Below are positions 1 to 11,153 of a DNA stretch of 64,000 nt, one piece after another. Positions within the stretch are counted from its first letter, which is position 1; each line of letters begins with the position of its first letter. A program made the translations under genes and the position numbers. Below the pieces are notes generated by a model. It was not told the DNA's origin. It saw only the letters and a list, made by a program, of their open reading frames with translations, and did no database searches. Origin of the DNA: Callorhinchus milii (taxonomy: Eukaryota); contig NW_024704743.1 in assembly GCF_018977255.1 (NCBI RefSeq), positions 33,420,001 through 33,484,000 of the forward strand. Reading direction: 5' to 3'.

Positions 1-371
1 TACTTTAAAGTGTATAATTGTATATTTTGTAGGCAAATGCAGCAAACAATTTGCACACAGCAATGTCCCACAAACAGACATGAAATGAATGATAAATTTT
101 ATTTCAGGGGTGTTTAGCCAGGACACTGTGAGAAACTCCCTTCTCTTTGTAAATAGTACCGTGGGATCTTTACCATCCACCTGAAGAGGCAGCGGGATCT
201 CAGTTCAACATCTCGTCTGAAGGACGGCACCTCCAACAATGCAAACCTGCCCTGCATTGCCTTGGAGTGTTGGCATAGAATATATACGTTTAAAATCCCA
301 ACATGGGGCTCGAACCCACAACCTTCTGACTCGAGGCGAGAGAGATACCAACTGAGCCAGACTGACACACC
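1..371 (-). mobile_element. tRNA-headed Deu-domain SINE (SacSINE1/DeuSINE-like)
   Basis: Minus strand: A-box-like TGGCTCAGTTGG and B-box-like GGTTCGAGCCC head, then core GGAGGTGCCGTCCTTCAGACGAGATGTTGAAC...AAAGATCCCACGGTACTATT, which recurs many times in the window. Confidence 0.75.
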
Positions 372-585
372 AATATACCAATAAAGTGGAACATCATGAT
401 AGTTTATGGTCATGGTTAACACATACAATGTAGCTATGGTACTGTATATTAGAAGGTAACTATGTGCAGTGTGGCCCTTTGAAAGTCATATCCCTTACAC
501 CTTCATTGATTCACTGATTAGTGCCAGACTGTCTGGAGTTATTGTGCGCCCTCTTTCATTTCACTTTATCTCCACGTCTCTGTAG

Positions 586-611
586 AAACACAGTAGGACT
601 GACTCTGTCTG
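586..611 (+). CDS. Candidate 26-nt internal coding exon of an unidentified gene (xNTVGLTLS)
   Basis: Long pyrimidine tract ending ctctgtag (585) and donor gtatgt (612). The phase-1 end joins in frame to the candidate exon at 5415. No protein recognised. Confidence 0.3.
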
Positions 612-875
612 GTATGTTCTGTAATATTTCATAATAAAATGTTTTTTTAACATTCATCAGCGTTCAGCAAATGGAGCATTTTGAAGTAAGTTTGTCTGCA
701 CCCAAAATATGACACCAATTCCTCATCCGCAGTAAACCATATTGGGTGTTTCTTATTGTTGTCAATAATGATCTTTGCAGTTCATGTATTTAAGAGATAA
801 CTTAATGCATACATGAGAGAAAAGAAAGATGTAGAGGGATATAGATGAGAGAAATAGGGTGGATATCATTCTGGT

Positions 876-1262
876 TTATCTGCGCTGCACCTCCTCCAGA
901 GCCAATACATCCCTGACCAAGGCTCTGTAGAGTTGAAGCATCATTTCCTTTCTTTTATATTCCAGCCCACTTGAGATAAAGGCCAATGTCCCATTAGTCC
1001 TTTTGATAACTTTTTGTACCTGTGAGCTTGTTTTTAGTGATTTGTGTACATGGACACGCAAATCCCTTTGCTCCTCCACAGTTCTTAGTTTTTCGCCATT
1101 TAGAAAATATTCTGTTTTGCTCTTTTTTGATCCATTGTGGATGACCTCACACTTCCCCACATTTCAGCTGACACAGTTTTGCCCACTCACTTAATCTGTC
1201 TAAATCACTTTGTAACTTCCTGATGCCATCTACACAATCTACTGTGCCGCCTAACTTTGTGT
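876..1262 (-). mobile_element. CR1 LINE ORF2 fragment
   Basis: ORF 876-1160 reads KCEVIHNGSKK...LNGEKLRTVEEQRDLRVHVHKSLKTSSQVQKVIKR...MLQLYRALVR, typical of the CR1 ORF2 region after the RT core. Confidence 0.9.
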
Positions 1263-2559
1263 TTGAGAGGAGCACTAAGCAGAGTTGCGCCTCATCTCAG
1301 AGAATGGAGAGGAAATGAAAGCATCACTTTTCCAGGCACCCTCCTTGCTTAGAGAACAACTTGGACAAAGTCCTGAGTGTAGGCCACTGCCCAGTCAGGG
1401 AACAACACGCCCAGGCAGGGCGAGACCTTGGGCAATTGCTTAAGCAAAACTTCTCATTACTTGTTTATGATAGGAAAATCGATTCCTATGTTAGCATTTT
1501 GGATGTGGGAGGGATTTTGGTTAAGACACTATTAGAACTCTGCTGTTCTTTGAAAAAATGCCACAGAATCTTTTAACATCACCTCAGTTTATTATAAATA
1601 ATAATTATCATCCTTGCATTTGACACGTTACCTTTCACATCAGTTGGCCAGAACACTGAGATAAAATCCCTTCTCTTTTTGAATAATTATCCCAATCAAG
1701 ATCTCCTTCCAAAGGACGACACCTCCAACAACCCAAACCTCCCTCACTGTTGTACCGGAGTAGAAACCTGGAGTGTGATCTCAAATATTGGTGCAGGTCT
1801 CAATTACACAACTTTCTGACATGGAGATGTTTGAACTACCAAATCCCATTACAAACAACAACAACAGCAAAATTACATTTGTATAGCACCTTTCACATCG
1901 GGAGGATGTCCCAAGGCGCTGGACAGACAGCGTTACGGACCTAAACAACCACTATTTTTAATGATAAGTGTCTGACAGACCCCAGTGTGAGGTGCGTGTA
2001 GTTAAATGTAAAGCACATTTTAAAAGTAGGAACACAAATATACTTTTTTTTCAAGAACATCTATTGATATCTTTTTGCTTTCAGTAGCAAAATCAATTTA
2101 GTTTCTGTTGAGGTTCCTGTGTGTGAACCAATTTTTACTGAGGAAATCTGTATCACACCTAAGCAAAATGGTGCTATATGCTTGATTAGTTGTTGTTCGT
2201 ATTTTTGACACTTCCAGAAAATGACACGACATTTGTCATATTGTCAATTGGTCATTTATTCAACTTTGGCTCTCACGCCTGGGAATTAAATAACTAGCTT
2301 CACGGGATTTTCATTGCATTGTTTTTCACTCTCTCTCCTGAGAAACAATCTATTGCAAATAGTGTGAATGATGAATGGTCAGCTATTCTCTGGAACCATT
2401 CACAAAACAATCAAGTGGATCTTAAAGGGGCCCTCCCACCTTACACAGAACTTCTGTTCAGCACTTTATGCCATAAGAGAATACAATCTGAAAAGCAAAA
2501 CAACCATGAAACGAAATAGAGAAATCACACAACTGATTCCAATCCAACACCAATTTTAC

Positions 2560-2920
2560 AACAACAACAACTTGCACTAATATATCATCCTTCAGGCTGA
2601 ATAGAGTCTCAAAAGCACTTAACAGTGATGCCAGCAGGAGAGCAGGGGAGAAGACTGTAGGCACAATCAAAGAGGAAGGTCCTCAGGTGTGTTCTGAGGC
2701 AAGGAAGGTGCAAGGTGGAGGGATTGAGGCAGAGAGTTCCGTAGTTTTGGGATGTAGGGCTGAAAGCATAGCCACCGATGGTGGAGCGGAGGGGGCAAGG
2801 GACATGCAGGAGGCCAGAGCCAGCTGAGTGAAGGGGGCAGGGAGAGGAGAGGGCTGTGAGCAGGTTAGAGAGCTAGGGGGTGCCAGTGGAGCCAGGCAAT
2901 TACTGGCGTGATGGTGGTAC
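2560..2920 (-). mobile_element. L2 LINE 3' fragment
   Basis: (CAA)n tail on the plus strand, then similarity to the other L2 copies (GAAGGTCCTCAGGTG, CCACCGATGGTGGA). Confidence 0.7.
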
Positions 2921-4305
2921 ACAGTTTGGTGTAAGAGGATATAATTGTTTAATTAATCATTTTTTTTGTTTATTTTGTGGGTGAAACACCTATAACATCA
3001 AGATATCTCAAAATGCTTCACAAGAACTTGGGGTAAAGTGTAATACTTGTATTTGTAGGTGAATGCAGCAGTCAATTTACACACAGCAAAAATCTAAATA
3101 GCCTCGAAATGAAACCCCAATACATATATTGTTATTATGTTGAGGATGGAGCTAGGAGGACAGTCTACTGAAATAGAATCCATGGTGTCACATACAGACA
3201 TCTAAGAGACAGCCTGATAATAGTACGTTTCATCTAAGAGTTAATTTTCTAACTTTCAATTTCCATTTCAGTCCCATGGTTTTACAGGCAGACCTTGACT
3301 ATCTCAGCCTGAGAGCTGAGAGCAACATTAAAGCCAAGGGGATCCTCTCCACATGTAATAGTTTGCAGCAGGAATATCTGGATCAGGAAAACCACGACAT
3401 TTTGTGAACAGTATCTGAACTGAAATCTACCGACTCAGCACATTTGACACATTCCTAATCTATATGGCTCAGACCACAGGCACCGAGCCAACAATTAAAC
3501 TTTGTTTGTTGCTAATATGAGACCTCTCTTCTTCATTCTATGTAACCAATGTTTTGCTCCAAGCAAGCAGTCCGTCGTATAAGTATCTCCTTTTCTTTAG
3601 TGCCAATGGATCCTGTTGATCTTAGGCCACTTCACATCTCTGTGGGCCATGTCAGAACTTGAGCTCAGGGTCTAAGGTGACATGCTCATACAGTCTTACA
3701 GATAAGATATTAAACAGAGGTCCCATCGGCCTGTTCTGTTAGTTAGGAACTATTTTCGAATATAGTAGCAACCCATGACTCTTTTTGAGAAGAAAGTTTC
3801 TCCCAATGTCCTGGCCAACCGTCATCAAGATTAATAGGTCATTCACCTCATGGCTGCTTGGGGGGCCTTGTCGGTACAAATGGAGGCCTTGTTAGCTTAC
3901 ACAAACTGTTCCTATACTTTAATTACAGCAATTAATTACCTGTGAAGCTCTTGGAAACATTTCATTCAACTCAATCCTGAGTCAAATTTGTTCTTTCTTT
4001 GTTCCTGTTCCTGTGTCTAGACACGGTATTGTATTCAGTAAAGTTTATTCCAATGTAGAACTTTTCAGGTGAACATTAGAGTAATAGAAATAAAGTGTAC
4101 TTGGTAGTTGGCAATGACTTCCAAGGCACAAATGATTGGATTTTAAATATCTGATGAACTAAGATTTGTTCTTTATAGCTTGCAGTGTGTGTCCCTTCAT
4201 TCTACGCAACCAATCTATGTAACCGATCATGGGTAAAGAACTTATTAAATGTTTTACACTTTTTTAAAACAACTGTTGTCAATTCATTGCGAAACAAGTG
4301 TAAAT

Positions 4306-4449
4306 GACAACAATGACAACTTGCATTTATATAGTGCCCTTCACATGGAGTAGTGTCTCAGAGCGCTTAACAGGGGCGACGCTTGATGCCGAACCAGGGA
4401 GAGAGGGGAGATGACTGTAGGTGCAGTCGAAGAAGAAGGTCTTCAGGTG
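4306..4449 (-). mobile_element. 5'-truncated L2 3' fragment
   Basis: ACAACTTGCATTTATATAGTGCCCTTCAC tail motif and GAAGGTCTTCAGGTG, shared with other copies. Confidence 0.7.
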
Positions 4450-4989
4450 CGATCATGGGTAAAGGATACAAGGGTGATAATGACCTGGGAACTGAAGGTT
4501 TATAAGTTTCATAGGTTTTGTTTTTGAGTAAATCCAGGAAAAATGTATTCTATGTTGTATTTGAATTCTTTCCCACATCTAAGCTGACATGTTCATACAG
4601 TCTAGTCTTTCACATAAGATATTAAACAGAGGTTGTGCCAGCTTGTTCTATTAGCTAGGACCTATTTCCAAATAGCAACCCATGATTATTAATAATAATT
4701 ATTATTAAATATCATCAATCATTCCACCACTCTCATTCACACCACCCTGGCCCCATCTCTGATTCACCATTATTTGGACTGAATTATATATGATAATCAG
4801 TTTTAAAGCATTTCTTCATCTTCCCACAATGGTGTCCATTTCTCACCCTCCCTATTGCCCTATTTTCTTCAATAAATATTTCACTCATTCTTCCTGATGT
4901 ACGTGCCACAATCAGCTAGAATATTTATTCCTGACCATTATCCAGTGATCACTGCATGAACATTAGATCAGAACAGGAACAAGTTGAAC

Positions 4990-5262
4990 TGTGTTGGCTG
5001 TCAATTGTTGATAATGTGTTGGACTCCCTGTCTGGCTCACTGTCTTTCTCTCAGTTTGAAAGTGAGTTAGACACACTGACAGGCCACACTGTCCCTCACT
5101 TTGATGGTGTGTCAGACTCATTTACTAAGCTTCTGTGAAATACAAGAGGGCACCTGCCACCAGTGGAATCTTCCCTCAGCGTGCGTCAGCCCCTTAAGAT
5201 AAAAAAGGGAGAAACCAGCCAAAAGTTAAAGAGGACACACTTAAGAAAAGAATAAATAAATA
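4990..5262 (+). mobile_element. Old CR1-like LINE 3' end
   Basis: Translation IVDNVLDSLSGSLSFSQFESELDTL resembles the CR1 ORF2 C-terminus; ends in a (TAAA)n-like tail. Confidence 0.4.
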
Positions 5263-5414
5263 TTGCATTTGAGCGGATGGTCAATGGCAAGACCACTTGA
5301 CATGAGTTCAGGGTCATAATAGGTTTTTATCAAAAGCCCAGACCTTGAAATTTTAGCGAGATAATTTATGGCAAGTCTTGGGGGTTAAATGCAAAAATAT
5401 TTTTTTGTTTCCAG

Positions 5415-5473
5415 CGTTTGCTCGAATGAAGCAACGTGTCAGGAATGTGAGCCAAAAGACATCATCAAAGTAG
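5415..5473 (+). CDS. Candidate terminal coding exon ((A)FARMKQRVRNVSQKTSSK*)
   Basis: Acceptor ttttttgtttccag (5414) and TAG at 5471-5473. Followed by about 1 kb of repeat-free sequence with AATAAA (6194-6199) and ATTAAA (6250-6255) plus a GT-rich tract. Confidence 0.3.
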
Positions 5474-6769
5474 CGGAAGTTCATATCCTGAGGTCATAAC
5501 GTCTCTGAGTTTCACTTTACAGTGTCTGCATGATGGATGAGGACGGCATCAAAAGTTTGCTCACTGGGGGCCGTTGCTTGAGACTGTACTTGATCCCCTA
5601 CTGATCAGGTGACTCTTTGAAACCCCATTATCAATGTGAGAGTTTAGAAGAACTGAGTGTCAAAACATACAAACGTGAGCTGTAAATGTGCTGCACATTT
5701 TCTGCAGCTTCGGGAGTTACACAGACGGTTTCAGTGAGAAACAGTCCTAGTCCATAGGAGTCTGCTCCGGCACAAATGCTGGGCTTCCTTTGTTCTGTCT
5801 TAATTGTCCTGAAGCAGTTACTGCGGTTATTCTGGCAGTGAAGTTCTTTCACTGAGAGTTATCAAATGAAATAATCTGAGAAAAGTTCGCTCTGTACCAA
5901 GTAATGTGCCAGTGAATTCTTAAGTTATTAGGAATGATTTTGTTTCAGGTCATGTTGGCAGGTCAGGGTTATTTTGATCCGTTGACACAGGGATTCAGGT
6001 CGCTCTGCTATGTTTTCTGCTTTGTGGAAAAAGCAGGAGTGAAAAGTGAAATTTATTTGGTTTAAATGGAAGCGCGTTTTGATTCAATTCCCCTTCATGT
6101 GAATGAAGCTAATGAACATGAATGTACACCACTGAATTTGAATTGTGCATTTTAATCCCCTGGCAGAAATTGCCCTGATCTGTAATCTTAATGAATAAAT
6201 GAATCGTTGTAAATAATGTCACTAATAATTGGCAAACTCAGCAGAAATGATTAAAGTGTGTTTTATTTGTCCAAAAAAAGCCTAACGTTTTGATAGTTGT
6301 TTTTTTCATACAGGAAATGAAAGAGTAATTGCCTTCTTAAACATCAGTTATTTTGAAGTAATTGAATTAAATATCTTTATTGATTTGGGCAGTACGATCT
6401 GTACAAAAAGTTCAGTGCAAACATCTCAGTAATTAAAGAATTGTAGTTTGAAAAGAATAATTTAAAAGCAGATGGGAGTATGTAAGCTTTATGTAAAAGC
6501 TTCCTGCTATCTGTCACAGTTTCAAGGCTTTCGACCTAGTGCCTCATGAGGCCATCATGATGAAACTGGAAGACATGGGAATACATGGCTAAATCTTGTG
6601 TTCTCCAGCTCTAAGATCCACGTAAGGGTCGACAGTTGACTCACTGAGCCCATCCCTCTGGAGAGGAGGGTTAAGGCAAGGCTGCCCATTGTCACCCACC
6701 CTAATTGATGTGTTTATCAACGACGTGCTAAAGTGATCCGAGATGCTATTCTGCATAAAGGGTGCTATG

Positions 6770-7370
6770 TAAATGCAAGTTGTTGTTGTGTTGGATGACA
6801 TCAAGAGAGAAGGACTTGGTATATACTTTCCAGGCCTTTCTGATAAGATTGTGGCTCTTCTGTGTGCAAACAACGACAACTTGCATTTGTGTTGTGCCCC
6901 ACGTGCAGGGTAGGGTCCCAGAGCGCTTGACAGTGGCTGAACATGATGACAAGCCGGGAGGGGGAAGGTGACCATAGGCACAGTTGAAAAGAAAGCTCTT
7001 CAGGTGTACCGTGAAAATGGGGAAGAAGAGGGCAAGGCAGAGGGATAAAGAAATAATTTTCCAGAGTTTCAGGGCGTAGTGGCTGAAAGTGTGGCCACCG
7101 ATGGTGGAATGAAAGACAAGAGGAACAAGCAGGGGGCCAGAGCCAGTCGAACAGAGGGGGCTGGTAGTTGGTTGGGGAGTAAGCAAGTTGGAGAGGTAGG
7201 GAGGTGCTGGCATGAAGGGATTTGAAGACGAGTTTGAGGATCTTGAAATCGATCCGTTCAGTGATCGGGAGCCAGTGGAGCCTAGCTTGGACTGGTGTTA
7301 TGGGTGTGCAGAGTTTAGTGCAGATGATAGTGGCGGAGTTTTGGATTAGCTGGATTAGATGAAAAGGTCC
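6770..7370 (-). mobile_element. L2 LINE ORF2 C-terminus and 3' UTR
   Basis: ORF 6801-7553 contains IQLIQNSA...PITPVQARLHWLPITERIDFKILKLVFKSLH, an L2-clade ORF2 motif. Confidence 0.88.
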
Positions 7371-8079
7371 TCCTCCTTGATCCGAGCTCCTGGGGATGCA
7401 GCGGAGAGGCTTCCTCTGACCCATTTGCAAAGTCCAGGATGAAACAGTGAGGCGGATTTGTGGCAAACATAGGAAGTGGCTGCAGGGAGGGAGGGAGGGC
7501 TCCAGCCTACACTGACCTGTCACAAAGCACTCTGGAAGCAGAGGTGCCTTCATAGTGGGCTATTTGCCAAGGCCCCTCACTTTGGACTTGGACATCAAGA
7601 ACATAATGGTGGCTACCACATCACAAGCTGTCGTTTAAAGGTCCTCCCACCATGCTGAGGGCATATGCCTGCCAGATAGCTGATGAGGAAACTCTGAGGC
7701 TTGGGATGAGCCTGTTATCTGGAGCCACGCATTTTATACTAAGCTGTGTTGCCCACCTGGAAGCTCGCAGGGAGTTCCTAGTACCTACCATCCACCTAGT
7801 GAGTACTCAAACCCATGCTTTGTTGGATGTTGAACGTCCAACTAGTGACTATCCTCCTTGGTGGGAGGAGGGGGATAGGTAAGGGGGATCTCCTTGGAGT
7901 TGAACTGGCAGTTTACAGTAAATCCTGTGAAGCACTTTGAAACTTACTGCTAAAATGAAAGGCACTATATCAAATGCAAGGATTATTATTTCCTTGCATT
8001 TGATAGAGCATTTACACTGTCTACACAACTCAAATAAGTACACGTATATAAAATGCGGTTAGTGAGTTGAAAATAGTTG

Positions 8080-8480
8080 TTCAATTATTGCATCAAGATA
8101 CATAAATGTTAAAATGCTTTGCAAAATTTCTGTGAAATTTCTGTGAAGTGATTGTATTTGTAGATGAAAGGACAGCCAATATATGCACAGCAACGATCCA
8201 CCACCAACCATGAAGTGAATAACCAATTTTACCCACAGGCTTGTTGGCCAGGATATCACGAGAATCTCCTTTCTCTTTTTGAAGAGTGCCAAGGGTTTTT
8301 TAATGTCCATTTGAACAAGTAGACAAGACCTCAATTAAAAGTCTCATCCAAAAGCTGCCATGTCTGACAATGCAGTGGTCACCCATTAATGCCTTGGAGA
8401 GTCAGCTTGGACTATGAGCTCAAAGCCCCTGACATGATGATTGAACCCACAACTCTACACTGTAAACTGATATCAAACTG
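8080..8480 (-). mobile_element. Deu-domain SINE, degenerate
   Basis: Same core as the copy at 1-371. Confidence 0.65.
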
Positions 8481-9021
8481 AACTTCACTCCATATCACTC
8501 CTAGTGGTGGAAGCAAATGGAAAAGTTATTCTCCAATATATTACAGTCTCAATCTAGATCTTCTGATGGGATCTGTTTTTCCCTGATCCTAAATCTGCTG
8601 ATACACAAACAAGAACATAAGAAAACATGTTACAGGAAAAGACCATTGGGTTTATGAGGGTCAGCTCCTTCCATAAACCTGTGTGTAGAATATATCATGG
8701 CCCTACGTCAGTCACTTCATCTCCTGGTAGAACTATCTGCAATATAATAATAATAATTTAACTAATAATAATCCTTGCGTATGACATAACTCCTGGACCT
8801 GGAATATATATTAAAGGATTTCACAGAATTTGCTGTATAGTGACTGTATTTCATGGGCAGTCATGGTAGTCAATTTACACCCAGCAATCATGAAGTGATT
8901 GACTAATTATATTTGGAGGATTGTTAATTGAGAAGACTCATTTCTCTTTTTGAATAGAGACATGGGATCTTTAACATCCATCTGAACAAAGATATTTCCT
9001 AAACTGTGCAACTGTACAACT

Positions 9022-9335
9022 GTGGAGTCCTGTAGCTCAGTGGTTAGAGCACTCGCCTCACAAGCAAGAGACCTGGGTTTGATTCCTGACAGGGTGAAAC
9101 CTTGGGCAAGTTTCCTTACTCCACACACCTGATAATAATTCCTCATGAAAAAACACAATAATACATTGGTCACTTCAATCCACGACTGTTTGTGGGACAC
9201 TGCTGTGTGTAATTGGCTACTGCGTTTCTCCCACAAATATACAGTCAATTCACTTTACAGTATATTCTGTGAAGAGCTTGGAGACATCTAGAAGACGTGA
9301 AAGGTGCTATATCAAATGCAAGGATTATTATTATT
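9022..9335 (+). mobile_element. tRNA-derived SINE with (ATT)n tail (SINE2-1_CM-like), short form
   Basis: Head GTGGAGTCCTGTAGCTCAGTGGTTAGAGCACTCGCC with A/B boxes; tail ATCAAATGCAAGGATTATTATT. Confidence 0.85.
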
Positions 9336-9564
9336 TATTATAATTTAATACACTTATTTTGTTTTGTTTGTTTACCTCACTCTTTTTTTCTTGTCTAATA
9401 CACCAGGAGAATAATCTGCTCTAATGTACCAACGTAGGGATAGGAGTCAATATCTCTCACAGTTATTATTAAGTAACCTAGCAAAAATTCCCAAATATTC
9501 ATACACTTCCATATCTCAGCTATTGAACACCAGTCTGCTTCCCACCACAGAACAGTATCTGCCT

Positions 9565-9912
9565 GGATGTGTAGCCTCTCCCCGAGTCAGAAGGTTCTGG
9601 GTTTAAGCCCCAGTCAGGACTTGAACTCACATTGTCTCAGCAGGCTGTGGGGTCATTTGGGTGAGACGTTAAATCGAGGTCCTGTTTGCCTGTTCACTGG
9701 ATGTTAAATATTCATAAAAAAGAGAAAGGAGTTTCTCCCAGTGTAGCAGCCAACAATGCACCAAATAAAATTGGTCATTTGTTTCATGGCTGTTTGATGA
9801 AGATTGCCGTATACATTGGGCTGCAGTGTTTGCCCACGAATACACAATCATTCCATTTCACAGTGAAGACTTCCTCCCGAAGTGAAAAGCACAATACCAA
9901 ATACAAGGATTA
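9565..9912 (+). mobile_element. Deu-domain SINE
   Basis: GAGTCAGAAGGTTCTGGGTTTAAGCCCC head and GAGACGTTAAATCGAGGTCCTG core. Confidence 0.65.
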
Positions 9913-10709
9913 AAGTAACACATTGCCCCATAACTCTGCAGCAATGCACTCCGTGCTCTCTGCCCAGTTCCACCATCCACAAGGTCCAACTCAACCAAAA
10001 CTCCACTGCCCACATCCTCACATGCACCAAACTCTGCACACTCTGAATGGACTCAAGGTCCTCACCCTCACATATAAATCTTGTCATTTCTCTGCTCATT
10101 TAAGCTTTGCTGGTGCCCTGTACTATGGACTTTGACTTTTCATCCAGGTTTCTTAACCACAAAATGTAGCCAGAGGGGAGCAGAATGACAGATTGATGGC
10201 ACAAGGCAGTTCAAATGCGGACCCAGGGAGCCACAAGAAGTAGGAAGGAAAGAAGGAAACGTGCCAGGATATGTGATTCCAGTCACAGACTAAGGTCTTT
10301 AACCTGCTGCAGAGGCCTGACCACAACAGCTAGTAGAGGTCAGTGCAACGAGATGCAAAGGAACGGTGGTGAAATGGGAAAAACTAGAGAAAAAATGAAA
10401 ACAGGAAGCAAGAAGGGAACAAGCAACATGCTGTGTAGCAGAAGAGTGAGAAGGTAGAGAAAAGAGAACTATACAAAGATCAGGAAATGTAATAAGTGAG
10501 AAACAGAGAGAGTAAAGTCAACAACAACAACAACTTGCATTTATATAGCACCCTCCACGCTTGGTAGCCTTTCAGAGCGCCACCCTGCGAACTGTCAGTC
10601 GAACTGTATAAGTAATAAATTCAGTAAATCTACGAGAACTGAAAATTAATCTCACGGAAGAGCAGAAGCCATTAAAGACAGACTTGAACTGAATTGAGCC
10701 TTGAACTGA

Positions 10710-11153
10710 AATAATAATAATAATAATCCTTGTATTTGATATAGCGCTTTTCACGTCTTCTAGACGTCTCAAAGCGCTTCACAGAATATACTGTAAAGTA
10801 AATTGACTGCATTTTTGTGGGTGAAACGCGGCAGACAATTGCGCACAGCAGTGTTCAACAACAACAACAAGATTACACTTGTGTAGCGCCTTTCATGTCG
10901 GGAGGACATTCCCAAGGTGCTGGACAGTGTACAGCATTTCAGACCCGAGCTGGGGTCAGGGTGCGAGAAGGGAGGGGAGGGGAAGGGGGGTTGCTGATGG
11001 CATGACAGTCGTGGATTGAAGTGATCAAATTATTTTTTTTCTTGAGGGATTATTATCAGGCATGTGGAGTAAGAAAACTTGATCAAGGTTTCGCCCTGCC
11101 GGGAATCGAACCCAGATCTCTCACTTGTGAGGCGAGTGCCTACAGGAATCCAC
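10710..11153 (-). mobile_element. SINE2-1_CM-like SINE interrupted by an L2 3' fragment (~10856-11004)
   Basis: SINE sequence breaks at CACAGCAGTGTT and resumes at ACAGTCGTGGATTG; the insert starts with (CAA)n. Confidence 0.8.

Noticed and set aside
6801..7553. Longest ORF (250 aa) as a host gene
   Set aside because: It spans an L2 ORF2 fragment and adjoining repeat sequence, and only part is in the L2 frame.
9022..9100. SINE heads as additional tRNA genes
   Set aside because: They have A/B boxes but no closing acceptor stem, and they continue into a SINE body found in many copies.
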